Shown: positions 17,540-31,930 of the stretch, in pieces
How positions within the stretch are numbered: the stretch's first letter is position 1
How the letters are laid out: the number at the start of each line of letters is the position of its first letter
Assembly (NCBI GenBank): GCA_964016885.1
Contig: OZ024742.1
Coordinates: 340,194,001-340,258,000, forward strand
DNA from: Eledone cirrhosa
Taxonomy: Eukaryota
DNA: 64,000 bases
Direction of reading: 5' to 3'
The notes under the pieces: generated by a model
Seen by the model: only the letters and a program-made list of their open reading frames with translations
What the model was told of the DNA's origin: nothing
The model's database searches: none
Made by a program: the position numbers and the translations under genes

Positions 17540-19290
17540 ACACACACATCCATACACACACACACATGCATACAAGCACAAACATACACACACATACATA
17601 AACATCCATAAAACACACACACACACTTGTATATACATACATACACAAACTTACGAACATGCACACATACAAACACATGCATGCAAATATACATACAAGC
17701 ACACAAACACATAAATAGTCACATGAAAACACATACACACATAAAAACACGCACACACATGAAAACACATGCACACAAACACATATATATAAGCACACAT
17801 TCACACATACGTGCACGCTTGCACATACATACTCACATGAACACACACACAGACACACACGAACACACACCCATACAAACACAAACATACTCGCATGAAG
17901 TCATACGCATAAACACACATATACACACACATACAACCACATAGACACACACATACATAAATATATACACACACATACACACATATTATAAACACGCACA
18001 TACACACACATAGACACACATACACGCATAAACACACACATACACACACATACACACACATACACGCATATAAACACGCACATACACACATAAACACACA
18101 CATACACACATAAACACACACATACGCACACATACACACACATACACGCCAATAAACACGCACATAGACACACATACACATATATACACACACATACGCA
18201 CACATACACACACTCACATACACACACATACATACACTCACACATACATACACGCACACATACATACACTCACACGTACACACACATAGAGACATTCCAT
18301 ATATGGAGGTTCTGAAATGATGTGTGACATTAAAGCTTAAATTAAGTTCGGCTTGAAAAAAAAAATGAAAATACTTGGAGCATGTCTGAGCGCCACCACA
18401 CCAGAGTCTCTATATAGTGTCTCCAATTACCTCCAACAAACCTACAGAACCTCATAAACGGCTCAACATAAAAATGGTTAATGGACATATCTCTTCATGT
18501 ATTTAAGCAATGGTGCATGGATTAAGAGGTCTATCTGCAACTATGTCTGTGTGTGTATAGTTGTATGTGTGTGTGCGCGTGTATGTGTGTGTGCATGTGC
18601 GTGTATGTGTCTGTATGTGTGTTCATGAATGTGTATATTTGTGTGTGAATGTGCGTGTGTGTGCGTGAATTTGTGTGTTTTGTGTGTGCATATGCGTGTG
18701 TCTGTATGTGTGTTGTGTATATGTGTGTGTGTGAATGTGCGTGTGTGTGTGTGCGTGCATGTGTGTGTGCATGTGCGTGTGTCTGTATGTGTGTTCATGA
18801 ATATGTATATTTGTGTATGAATGTGAGTGTGTGTGTGTGCATGTGTGTGTGTGCATGCGCTTTTGTCTGTATGTGTGTTCATGAATGTGTATATTTGTGT
18901 GTGAATGTGCGTGTGTGCGTGCATGTGTGTGTGCATATGCGTGTGTCTGTATGTGTGTTCATGAATGTGTATATTTGTGTGTGAATGTGAGTGTGTGTGT
19001 GTGTGTATGCGTCTGCTTGTGTGGTGTGTGCATGTACGTGTTTGTGTTGTGTGTTTGTGTGTGTATGTTTGCATGCCTCTGTTTGTGTGTGTGTATATCT
19101 GTGTGCATGTGTTTGTGTGCACATGTATGAACACGTGTATGTGCGTGTGTGTGTAGTGTGTTGGTTAATGCGAGTATGCGTGTGTCTGTATGTATGTGTG
19201 TTTTCATGTGTGTCTGTGTATATGTGTGTGTTCATGTGAGTATGCATGTGTGTGCATGTGTGAGCTCGTTGTAGCTTATATATGTGTTTA
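17540..19290. repeat. CA-rich block (17540-18290) and GT-rich block (18545-19290) in inverted orientation
   Basis: Specific words such as CATACTCACATGAACACACA and CATACTCGCAT are shared in reverse complement. Confidence 0.7.
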
Positions 19291-19449
19291 TGTTTGTAAC
19301 TGTATTCGGAATTATGCATAAATTTACATTAATGTCTCAATACGTTATACACATGCCTGTGTATGTGTGTCTGCTTGACTATTTGTCTGTGTGTGTATGT
19401 GTATGTGTATGTGTGTGTGTGTGTGTGTGTATTTTCGTGCTCCCACTCC

Positions 19450-20093
19450 TGAGTTGGCAGGCTATATATAGCGAATTAACAGAGTTAAAACGTCAGATAG
19501 AGGGGTTTGTGGTATTCATTCTGGCTTTGAGCTCTTTCAGTTCAAACCCGACTGAGGTCAACTTTGCCTTTCATTCGTTTCGAGGTCGATAAAAAAGTAC
19601 CAGTCTAGTACTGGGGTCGGTTCTTCCTCTCTATATCTTTCTCATTTCCTCCCTTCCTCTTTCTGTCTTTCTCTGGAAGAAATCTGCTCTATTCAGGCCT
19701 GGAGACGAGCTAGGCTCTGCCAGGTTTGAAATGTCCAAGAAACGCTGTATGTCCCTACCACCCCTCCATGTTTAGGGGACTATACCATACCATACTATAC
19801 CATACTATAGTAACACCATACTATACCATACCATGCTATACCATACTATACCATACTATACCATACTATACCATACCATACTATACCATACCATACTATA
19901 CCATAATATACCATACCATACCATACCATACTATACCATACTATAGTATACAATACTATACCATACCATGCTATACCATACTATACCATACTATACCATA
20001 CTATACCATACCATACTATACCATACTATACCCTACTATATCCTACTATACCATAGTATACCATACTATACCATACTATACCATACCATACCA
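19450..20093 (+). mobile_element. tRNA-derived SINE (family A variant) with expanded (TACCA/TACTA)n tail
   Basis: AGTTCAAACCCGACTGAGGTCAACTTTGCCTTTCAT core, then a GGAAGAAATCTGCT... segment shared with 48560-48870, then a pentanucleotide array at about 19780-20093. Confidence 0.7.
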
Positions 20094-20169
20094 TGTTCAT
20101 GTGCGTGTGGGTGTATATATGAAAACAATTATCCATGTAGAGATGAACATATAACCTGTGTATATACCG

Positions 20170-20225
<56 letters not shown>

Positions 20226-20442
20226 TCATATATATACTTCTGGATGTATATCTTCAGATACACGCAAACAAATATATGAATGTATACAGATATATATGTA
20301 TATATGTAAGTATATTTTATATTTGAATGTGTCTATTGATGGGTGCATACAAATGTATACCCGTTTCTATATGCATGTGTATGTATGCGTTCATGTAAAC
20401 ATATATATATATACATATATATATAAGCAAAAGGGATATTTA

Positions 20443-20499
<57 letters not shown>

Positions 20500-20502
<3 letters not shown>

Positions 20503-21051
20503 TTCTGGAGTAAATATTCAATGATATTAAATAAATGGAAACTATATTTATAAAACCATATTTATTCTGTTATATATATTTCAAGGGTACCAAAAATTTT
20601 GGTACGCTATCATCAGATAAAATACAAAATGTTTTATAAATATTTGACATGACCATGGATGATATACCTTAACAGTTCAAGTTATCCCTGGAATGTGAAG
20701 AGATAACTTGAACCGTTAAGGTATATTATCCTTGGTTATGGGATAACTTGGCCAGAGATAACTTGAACCGTTAAGGTATATCACATTCCAGGGATAACTT
20801 GAACCGTTAAGGTATATCACCTTCCAGGGATAACTTGAACCGTTAAGGTATATCACTTTCCAGGGATAACTTGAACCGTTAAGGTATATCACTTTCCAGG
20901 GATAACTTGAACCGTTAAGGTATATTATCCTTGGTCATGTCAAATATTTATAAAACATTTGATGATAGCGTACCAACATTTTTGGTACCCTTGAAATATA
21001 TATAATAGAATAAATATGGTTTTATAAATATAGTTTCCATTTATTTAATAT

Positions 21052-21056
<5 letters not shown>
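20500..21056. mobile_element. Foldback element with hammerhead core and internal 36-bp tandem repeats
   Basis: Arms about 20519-20698 and 20889-21056; internal unit GATAACTTGAACCGTTAAGGTATATCACATTCCAGG at 36-bp spacing; flanked by (TA)n. Confidence 0.85.
20563..20624 (-). ncRNA. Type I hammerhead ribozyme motif
   Basis: Minus strand: TATTTTAT-CTGATGA-stem II (GTACCAAAA/TTTTGGTAC)-GAA-ATATATAT (palindromic stem III)-A-ACAGAATA; the right arm has ATAGAATA, which pairs stem I better. Confidence 0.7.
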
Positions 21057-21133
<77 letters not shown>

Positions 21134-21200
21134 TTGTATGTACATATATATGCACGTCTGCACATACTTGTTTATATATTTAAGTATGTATATATATATA

Positions 21201-21557
21201 TAAAGAAAAAGAGATGAAATCGAAAATGCAACCGGAGTCTTATTTTAAAAAAAATATATATATATTTATTTGGTTCCTTTACCGGTTTCGCAGTTCTTCT
21301 GCTTTTCAAAAATAGAGTTGAGATGGAGGGTCTGTGGTTTTTCTCACATCAGATGTGAGAAATACCACAGACCCTCCATCTCAACTCTACTTTTGAAAAG
21401 CAGAAGAACTGCGAAACCAGTAAAGGAACCAAATAAATATATATATATTTTTTAAAAATAAGACTCCGGTTGCATTTTCGATTTCATCTCTTTTTCTTTA
21501 TACTTTCACTCGTGTAGGACACCTCGGTTATTTTCCATTTTGTAAAAAAAACCTCAC

Positions 21558-21563
<6 letters not shown>
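21201..21563. mobile_element. About 300-bp near-perfect palindrome plus ~60-bp unpaired tail in (TA)n
   Basis: Arms 21201-21350 and 21352-21500 around a 1-nt centre; GCGAAACC(G/A)GTA hammerhead 3'-half motif in each arm. Confidence 0.8.
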
Positions 21564-21647
<84 letters not shown>

Positions 21648-21648
21648 C

Positions 21649-21679
<31 letters not shown>

Positions 21680-22044
21680 ATATTTGTATGTATATATCTA
21701 TGCACGTCTGCACGTATGTATGTATATGTGTATGTATATGTGTATGCACGTCTGCACGTACGTATATATATTTAAGTATGTATGTATATATATATATATA
21801 TGTATGAACATATGATGGTATAAGTCACTTTGTTGTTTGTTGAAACTGTAATAATATTCAACGTGTAATAATGTTCAATATTAATTTTATAGCTCTATTA
21901 GACTGAAGAAGCGATTTAGAAAACACCGCAGCTACACAGGAGGAAACATTGTGAGACATATACACCTACGTATATACATACATACATACACACACTCACA
22001 CACCCATACACACATATATATATATAAATATATATATACAGATA

Positions 22045-22084
<40 letters not shown>

Positions 22085-22170
22085 CACACGCACACGCACA
22101 TATATATATATATATATATATACACGCACACGCACATATATATATATATATGTTTATATATATCTATATC

Positions 22171-22236
<66 letters not shown>

Positions 22237-22342
22237 GAGAGAGAGAGATATGTATATATATATATAGAGAGAGAGATATGTATATATATATATATATATA
22301 TATACATACACGCACATATATATATGTTTATATATCTATATC

Positions 22343-22406
<64 letters not shown>

Positions 22407-22463
22407 CTCATAAACGCACACGCACATATATATATATAGTATCTATATATGTATATATATATA

Positions 22464-22564
22464 CACGAGGTGTCCCCAAAAAATGTATACACGCTTCAAC
22501 AACATTCTAATAAATGTTGCCTGTAGAGGTAATCAAATTGTATACATATATTTGGAACACCCTG
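22464..22564. mobile_element. Tc1/mariner-type MITE (about 100 bp)
   Basis: Imperfect TIRs GGTGTCCCCAAAAAATGTATACA / TGTATACATATATTTGGAACACCCTG, flanked by TA. Confidence 0.65.
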
Positions 22565-22679
22565 TATACACACACACACACACACATATATAAGTGACCC
22601 TCTTGTATTTTGTACAGTATTTCCTAATGCCATTATTTATTTATTTATTTATTTATTTATATATATATTTATTCACCAC

Positions 22680-23015
22680 CCATATACACTCATATATACA
22701 CTCATATACACACTCATATACACTCATATACACTCATATACACTCATATACACACTCATATACACCCATATACACCCGTATACACTCATATACACTCATA
22801 TACACCCATATACACTCATATACACTCGTATACACTCATATACACGCATATACTTATATACACCCATATACACTGATACACGCTCATATACACTATTTAC
22901 ACTATATACACTCATATACACTATATACACTATATATACCCATATACACTGATACACACTCATATACACTATTTACACTAATACACTATATACACTATAT
23001 ACACTCATATATACA
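22680..23015 (+). repeat. 10-bp minisatellite (CATATACACT)n
   Basis: Visible directly. Confidence 0.9.
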
Positions 23016-23739
23016 CCGTATGTTTTTATGTGAGATTCTCGTCGCTTTAGTAGTAAATCATTATTGTTAATATTTTTTTGAAATTTTATTTTTTAATATT
23101 TTGATTTTATTAAATGTTGTTGCAGTTAATGTCCAACTTAATTGTTTGTAATTTTCCCTTAATTACTCATTGTTTAGATGTAATCAAAAGGAGTGATAAT
23201 TAAAACACCATTTAGGGAGCTGTTATGTTACTTTGCATAAATTACGTGAAAGCATGGAAACCATATTTAAAGTGCAACAGATCCCAGGCGGGAAATTCCG
23301 CTGAAAAATATGTCGCTATATGCTGATACATTACAGAAGAAGCAATATAGAAACTAAAACAGAAAAAATAAATATACATGTCACTTAGTCTTTCATTTTA
23401 ATAGAAATTATTCCAAAATTTTAACGTAATGGACACAAGTATGGCTGTATGGTTAAAACGTTGTGTTTGTAAGCATGGGATTCCGAGTTTGTTTCTATTA
23501 CGTGGCATCTTGAGCAAGTCTCCTCTTCTGCAGCCTTAATATTCATTTTACGTATATATCATACAGACCTGTCAATGTGTACTAGTGTTACTAATATTTT
23601 TATTGGTTTTGGGTTCCTGTACACTGTGTGGGTCTTTAGGTATGTACTATAAAGTCAACAAGGAAGTAAGCACGGATTTGCTGAAGATGCCAAGTATGAA
23701 AATATTAAAATGAAAATTATATATATAGGTATATATATA

Positions 23740-24290
23740 TGATGGCTGCAAACTCTGCTAAGAGTATTGCAATCGCTTGTCAGATTATATAGTTTGGTGC
23801 ATTTTTAGGCTACGGCTAGACACGAACCTGTAACATATCCTGAACAAGCAATGCCTGTGCTTTGAAGGTTTTTTAAGTGGGGAAAGGCCTTGCACTAAAC
23901 CAATCCCACTCTCTGAGCATCGAAAACACTACCCGAAAAGGAGGACTGGTCAACATCACCGGATGCTTCTGAAGCCGCAGGTTTTTTTTTCATAGTTTCC
24001 CTCTCTTAGAAAGGTGTTGTGACAACAACTGGGGGTAATTTCAATCCCAGGTGAAAAACAAAACAAAAACAACAAACAAACAAAAAATACTATTTTGATG
24101 GCGGTTGAGTCGGCTGAGTTCCTCCGCCCTTTGCTGGGTCTTGTATTTCATCCCGCAGGTTGTCCAAATATCACCCTCCCCACCAAGCAAGCTTGGTGGG
24201 GTTGCCGATTTAGTCGCCGATAACTCGACCATGAGACAGGTTGTACTGAGTTACATGTTACCAGTAGCACTAGAGAGCGACCTGACATAA
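23740..24290 (-). mobile_element. Non-autonomous RTE-related element, copy 1
   Basis: Collinear similarity with 58915-59526 (ACCATGAGACAGGTTGTACTG...GACCTGACATAA; AAGCAATGCCTGTGC; TCCCACTCTC). Confidence 0.6.
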
Positions 24291-24666
24291 ATATACATAT
24301 ATATATACACACACACACATACACATATATATATATGTATGTATATTTGAAAAAATAAGATGAACAATTTTTAAAAAAAAGTTTCATAATGTATATAAAA
24401 TATATAACATATGACCGGTTTCAATGTATCAGTGTAATCCGGGTTATCAAATGGCGAATATTACAATTAAAAAGAATTAAAAAGAATTAAAAAGAATTAG
24501 ACATTAAAAATTTAAAATTAAGTGTTGAAGAAGTTTTTTCATCTTTCTTGTCGAGAAGAAGACAGGGTTCAAAATGGAACCTTATATGTAGAGAGGGAGG
24601 TAGTCATAATAATAATAGTAGTAGTAGTAGTAGTGGGGGTAAATTGTTTTTTTCACAGAGCAAAAG

Positions 24667-24697
<31 letters not shown>

Positions 24698-25043
24698 ACA
24701 GGGAGAAAGAGACGATTATGAGGGAGAAAAATATATTGTTTTCCTTTTTTGTTTCTCTCTTTTTGCTGGGTTAGAAAATGATTGAAACGAAATGTTTTAC
24801 TTTGTGTGAAGTGTTAAGGTAGTTGATTTGTTTATTATTTAACAATGGCATTTATTTATCTATTTATATATTTAATTATTGTCTATTACCGGTTTCAGCA
24901 TTTATATGCATTATCAAATGATAGTGAAATGTATTAGTGTGGTGTCGCACATGTTAAACAGAAGGTGCAGAAAGAATAATGTTATATACAAACAAGGTTT
25001 AAGAGGTGAAAAAACAAAACAAAAGAAAATATATATATATACC

Positions 25044-25147
25044 AGGTGAGTCGACTGGAGCAACGTGAAATAGTGACTTGTTCAAAGACACAGCGCGCCG
25101 CCGGGAATCGAACTCACAACTTTACGATAGCCTAACCACAAAGCCAC
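25044..25147 (-). mobile_element. tRNA-derived SINE family B fragment
   Basis: Reverse complement reads TGGCTTGTGGTTAGG...GTGAGTTCGATTCCCGG (A/B-box-like) plus the ACTGGAGCAACGTGAAAT body. Confidence 0.7.
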
Positions 25148-25163
25148 ATATTCTCTACTTATG

Positions 25164-25214
<51 letters not shown>

Positions 25215-25512
25215 AACTAGGGAGTTGCTTCTCTTTCAAATGTTGTATTAAAAACACAACTGAGAACGTGTCACATTTCATTCCTATTTCTAGTTGGTTT
25301 GGGACATTAGCCTTCCTATATCCATTTTGTATTAATATTTCGAAGTCTTCACGGCTCTATGATGATGAAAAGTTCATAGTTGTGAAATCTTGCACGCATT
25401 ACTTACGACTATTCTTATTAACAACTGCATTGTTTCTTTCCAGGTTAACTGACATCTGATTGTTCAAAGAAGACTTCAAATGTAACGACTTCCGGTAACG
25501 ACTTCTCTAGAA

Positions 25513-25700
25513 AATGGACAACATTTGGCATCGTGGTGTTATTATGTACCTGCAAAAAAAAAGGGTTTAGTCTCCAAGAACATTCATTCTGAAGGTGATT
25601 GTGAGATTATGGGATGTCACTCAAGTTTTATCAACAGTGCAAAAGTGGGCAGCTGAATTTAGGATAAGAAGGGAGAGTCTTGAAATTTACCTAAGGTCGT
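25513..25700 (+). mobile_element. Mariner transposase N-terminal HTH fragment
   Basis: Manual translation across frameshifts MDNIWHRGVIMYLQKKG...IHSE...STVQKWAAEFRIRRESLE matches the Mos1-type HTH pattern (STV.KWAAEFKRGRESLED). Confidence 0.75.
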
Positions 25701-26262
25701 ATCTTTAGAGGTAGAATGTTTTTAGTATTGGCGTATTCGTCACGTATTTAGCAGCGTTCATGGGAGTTGTAGGAAATTATGGACGCCTGATTAAAAATTT
25801 CTCAACGGTTGAAGCATAGCAATAATTTTATTGGGTTTACGTATGCTGTATGTGTGTGTTAATTTTTGGTTTATATTCCGTTCTTGTAGAGCTTCCAGTG
25901 AATTTCAGTTTGGTTTACTCTTTCACTGTTTTACCTGTTCCAGCCATCCGGCTGAGACCATGCTGGGGTACGTGTAAAGTTTTATATAGGATTTTATTGT
26001 TATCGACTAAAGTGCTCGACTTTTTCATAAAATGTATGGAAATGTGTTGTGATAACTCATTGGTGTAAGCGCTTGGCTAACCGACAGAAAAGTGTCACGC
26101 TTGTGTCATGAATTTCACAACTTTCATGATTACATTGAAATTTATATATCACATTGCACATCTGCTATATATCTGGTCCTCAGATTGATATTTCTCAGTT
26201 CCAGATGATGCCGGTAGCGTTGAAAACGGAAATTATTTGTTTAAGCATCGGGTTTATATATA

Positions 26263-27166
26263 CAGGGTGGCCCAAAAGTCACACAGGGGTTGCAACTGTT
26301 TATAATTTTTTTTATTTTATAATATTTTTCCTTTCTTTTCAGGAATTATATGAACTAGGCCTGGGAAATAAATTATGGAAAAATACAGCGCCGAGCAACG
26401 CTTGTGAAATTCTTCTACCAAAATCAGGGATCGATAATTCAGACCCAGAGAGCATAACGGTGACACTATCGAGTGAGAGATGCTCCCAGTGATAGTGCGA
26501 TTAGGAAATTGGTTAATCATTTCGAAGAGCAACAACCAGTAAGTGATTGCCCACGATCTGGGAGGCATTGGACTGTCAGAACTGATGAGACAAGGGAACA
26601 AGTTCGAAAGAGTGTCGAGGAAAATCCAGGCACATTGATTCGAAGGCGGTCAAGGTAGCTCGAGATTTCACGAACTTCGCTGCAATGGGTTCTCAGAAGC
26701 CTTCACTTTTTTCCATACGAGAGAGACAATGCAGTAGCTATGGCAGTGCTTTGGAGAGAGAATAATCTCCCATTACGGCAATGTTAACTGGTCATCGCGT
26801 TCCCCAGTCTTGACTAGCCCTGACTTCTTGTGGGGTACCTGAAGGAGACAGTTTATGTCAACAAACCGGAGACCCTGGAGCAACTGAAGAAGAACATCAC
26901 TAGAGAAATCAGAGAAGTGGCACCTGAAACCCTTGCAGCTGTTATGGAGGACGTTATGGAAAGAGCACGGTTGTGTGAAGCCGAAAATGACCGCCATTTG
27001 AAACATGTAATTTTTTATAAATAATGTGGAGTTGTGACAAGCATTGATGAGTGCAGAATTATTTCCATTATGACCTTTAAGTTTTATCAAAATTTCATAC
27101 ATCAATCTGTACAATTCAGGAAGTTAATAAAAACTAAATCCCCTGTGTGACTTTTGGGCCAGCCTG
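26263..27166 (+). mobile_element. Internally deleted Tc1/mariner (maT/rosa-like) DNA transposon
   Basis: 27-bp TIRs CAGGGTGGCCCAAAAGTCACACAGGGG / CCCCTGTGTGACTTTTGGGCCAGCCTG, TA flanks; HTH remnant (APSDSAIRKLVNHFEE...PRSGR) and C-terminal WSSRSPVLTSPDFLWGYLKETVY; central catalytic region missing. Confidence 0.92.
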
Positions 27167-27174
27167 TACTTATA

Positions 27175-27244
27175 TATACAACCCTTATCAAGTCCTCTCT
27201 AGATTTTAGTCTTTGCATTAATTACTACTACTACTACTACAACA

Positions 27245-27278
<34 letters not shown>

Positions 27279-27306
27279 TATATATATATGTATGTATGTA
27301 TGTATG

Positions 27307-27384
<78 letters not shown>

Positions 27385-27500
27385 CGTACACACCTACATG
27401 TTTGTGTGTGTTTGTGTGTCTATGTCAACGGGTTTATATATACTTATATATATATACAGCCCTTATCAAATCCTCTATGGATTTTAATCTCTGCATTAAT

Positions 27501-27564
<64 letters not shown>

Positions 27565-27594
27565 GCTGCTATATACTACTGCTACTACTACTAC

Positions 27595-27635
<41 letters not shown>

Positions 27636-27730
27636 TATATATATGTGTGTGTGTGTGTGTGTTTATATATATATAAACGTACATACCTACATGTTAGTGT
27701 GTGTGTGTGTTTGTGTGTCTATATGTATTC
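27175..27730 (+). repeat. Tandem duplication (2 x ~280 bp) containing (TAC)n/(TA)n/(GT)n
   Basis: CCCTTATCAA-TCCTCT...GATTTTA-TCT-TGCATTAATTACTAC occurs at about 27182 and 27460. Confidence 0.85.
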
Positions 27731-28064
27731 GTATGTTTATGATATGTAACCCTTGAATGAATAACATGAGTGTATTACCAACTGGAGAATAGAATCTCTC
27801 TCAGTTCCTTTCCTTGTGTTATTCAATATAATCCTTCTCTAACGGTTCAGACTGACACTTGTATGACCAGTTGAAAATGACGTCATACTATGATCACAAC
27901 ACATTATTCTACCATACGCAACAACTGAGCAATGGCGGAAATATTCATTGTCTCCCAACCCACTTCCATCCTCGTTTTTAAACTATATCCTTGTTCTCTA
28001 TTATGGCCAACCATTTGAACGACGTCGCTTCAAATCATACATGAGTCTGTCATGTCATATGGAC

Positions 28065-29607
<1,543 letters not shown>

Positions 29608-29612
29608 ATCAG

Positions 29613-29754
29613 GATCGTAGCCATTCGGTGCGGCGGATAAATCGATGGATCGATGGACAAATGCTAATTTTCGCTTCGTCCACAAAACCTGCCTGCTCAT
29701 CACCGTTTAAACATTTCACCACGGAGAATAACCAGAACAGCATGAAAGCGACGG
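29613..29754 (+). CDS. Weak candidate host exon
   Basis: Unique island; CAG|GATCGT...ACGG|GTGGGT with an open frame [47 protein letters not shown]; poor polypyrimidine tract; no recognisable domain. Confidence 0.2.
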
Positions 29755-29999
29755 GTGGGTAGACTAGGGGTGTGGGTTGTGTTGACATGTGGCAGCTTAT
29801 GGAGGGGTGGAAGAGACGAGCAGGGAATGAAGGGGGGAATTACTGCCGGCAAATATTTCGATTCAATGTGTGTTTGATTTAAGTTTGTCCACAGGGAAAT
29901 AATAATACATGTGACAGGTTAACGAAGCCATGTAAACCTTTACACTAACAACAGCTACAATAACAACAGCAGTTAAGGCAGTTTTCTAATATCACCGCT

Positions 30000-30195
30000 T
30001 TGTTGGTAGTAGTAGTTGTTGTGGTAGAGGTAGTAGGTGTAGTAGTAGTGGTGGTAGTGGTAGTAATAGTGGTGGTAGTGGTAGTAATGGTAGTAGAAGT
30101 AGTAGTAGTAGTGGTAGTAGTAATAGCAGTAATAATAGTAGTATAGTGATAGTAATGGTAGTAGAAGTAGTAGTAGTAGTAACAGTAGTAGTAGC

Positions 30196-30233
<38 letters not shown>

Positions 30234-30397
30234 AAGTAGTAGTAGTGGTAGTAGTAATAACAGTAATAGCAGTGGTAGTAATGGTAGTAGTAGTAGTAGT
30301 TGTGGTAGTAATAGTAATAGTAGTAGTGGAAGTAGTGGTAGTAGTAGTAGTAGTAGTGGTGATAGGAGTAATAACAGTAATAGCAGTGGTAGTAATG

Positions 30398-30428
<31 letters not shown>

Positions 30429-30830
30429 TAATAGTAGTAATGGAAGTAGTGGTAGTAGTAGTACTAGTAGTAGTTGTAAAAGTCGTATTAGTAGTAGTAG
30501 TAGTAGTTTTTGTGGTGTTGGTAGTGAAGCCTAGTGGGGGTGGGGGTGGTAGTGGGAATAGAAGTATTAATAGTAGTATTGGTATACTACCGTGGTGGTT
30601 GCTGCTACTGCTGCTACTACTACTATTACTACTACTACTACCACCACCAAAACCACCGCAACTATTACTACTACTACTACTACTAAAACTACTTAACTAC
30701 TACTACTATTACTACTACTACAATAACTACTACTACTACAAGTACTACTACTACAACTACTACTACTAAAACTACTACTACTACTACTACTACTACTAAA
30801 ACTACTACTAATACTATTACAGCTACAACA

Positions 30831-30864
<34 letters not shown>

Positions 30865-30968
30865 TTACTACAACTACTACAACTACTACTATTACTACAA
30901 CTACTACTACTACTATTACAGTTACCACTACTACAACTATTACTACTACTACTACTACTACTACTATC
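30000..30968. repeat. (GTA)n-rich tract followed by its complement (TAC)n
   Basis: Visible directly; strand switch at about 30580-30600. Confidence 0.9.
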
Positions 30969-30994
30969 ACTGCTATATGTTGTTATATTACCTT

Positions 30995-31171
30995 TGGCAG
31001 TATCGGTAGAGAGTCGCACGCCATGCTTTGTAGCATAGAGTCACGCCCCTTTACGATCTGAGTTCATTTCCCGTCGAGGTTAACTTTGCTTTTCATCCTT
31101 ACGAGGTCGATAAAATAAAGTACCAGTAATACACTGTGTAATTGCTGGCCTCGTGCCAAAAGTAGAAACAA
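30995..31171 (+). mobile_element. tRNA-derived SINE family A with 12-bp TSD
   Basis: TGGCAGTATCGGTAG head, GAGTTCATTTCC B-box-like motif, tail GGCCTCGTGCCAAAAGTAGAAACAA; TTATATTACCTT at 30983 and 31172. Confidence 0.85.
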
Positions 31172-31289
31172 TTATATTACCTTACTTTTATTAACTGGAA
31201 AGTTACGAAAGGTAATGGTGGCACTGGCTAAAATGGCGGTCAGTTTAGACGTCACGTGATGCTTAAATTGTCATAATAGCAACCTCTGT

Positions 31290-31930
31290 TGACCCTCTAT
31301 CCCTCCTCACCTCCTTTTTCTCCCCCTCTTCCCCTCTCTCCTCCATCTCCCTCTCCGTCCCTCTCTCCCCCTCTCCCCCCTCTCTCCCCCCTCTTTCCCT
31401 TCTCCCCTCTTCCATTCTCCCCTTCTCCCCCGCTGTCCCACATCTCCCTCTCTCCACTACCTCTTCCCCTTTCTTCCCCTCTCTCTCCCTCTCTCCCACA
31501 TATCACCCTCCCCCTCCCCCGTCTCCTCCACATCTCCCTCTCTCCACCCCTCTCCCCATTTCTCCAATCCCTCTCACCCACATATCACTCTCTCCACCCC
31601 CACCCCCTCTCCCCCTCTCACACAGATCTCTCTCTCCACACCTCCCCCTCTCCCCCATATTTCCCTCTCTCCACCCATCCCCCTCTCCCCCACACCCCTT
31701 CTATATATCCCCCTCTCTCCCATCCCCCTTTCTCTACCCCCCTTTTAATTAATCTGTTTCAGTGTTTTCTTTTATTTGTTTCTTTTTTGTCTTTTTTCTA
31801 TTCTTTCATTTACTTATTTCTTTCTATCTTTTTTTGTTTCTATCTTTCTATCCTTCCTTTTTTCTTCCTTACTCTCTTTCTTTCTTTCTTTTTTTCTCTC
31901 TTTCTTTTTCGCTTCCTTCCTTTTTTTTTA
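31290..31930. repeat. C/T-rich low-complexity tract
   Basis: Visible directly. Confidence 0.85.

Noticed and set aside
20701-20930. 36-bp repeats as a CRISPR array
   Set aside because: Head-to-tail without spacers and derived from the arm of a foldback element.
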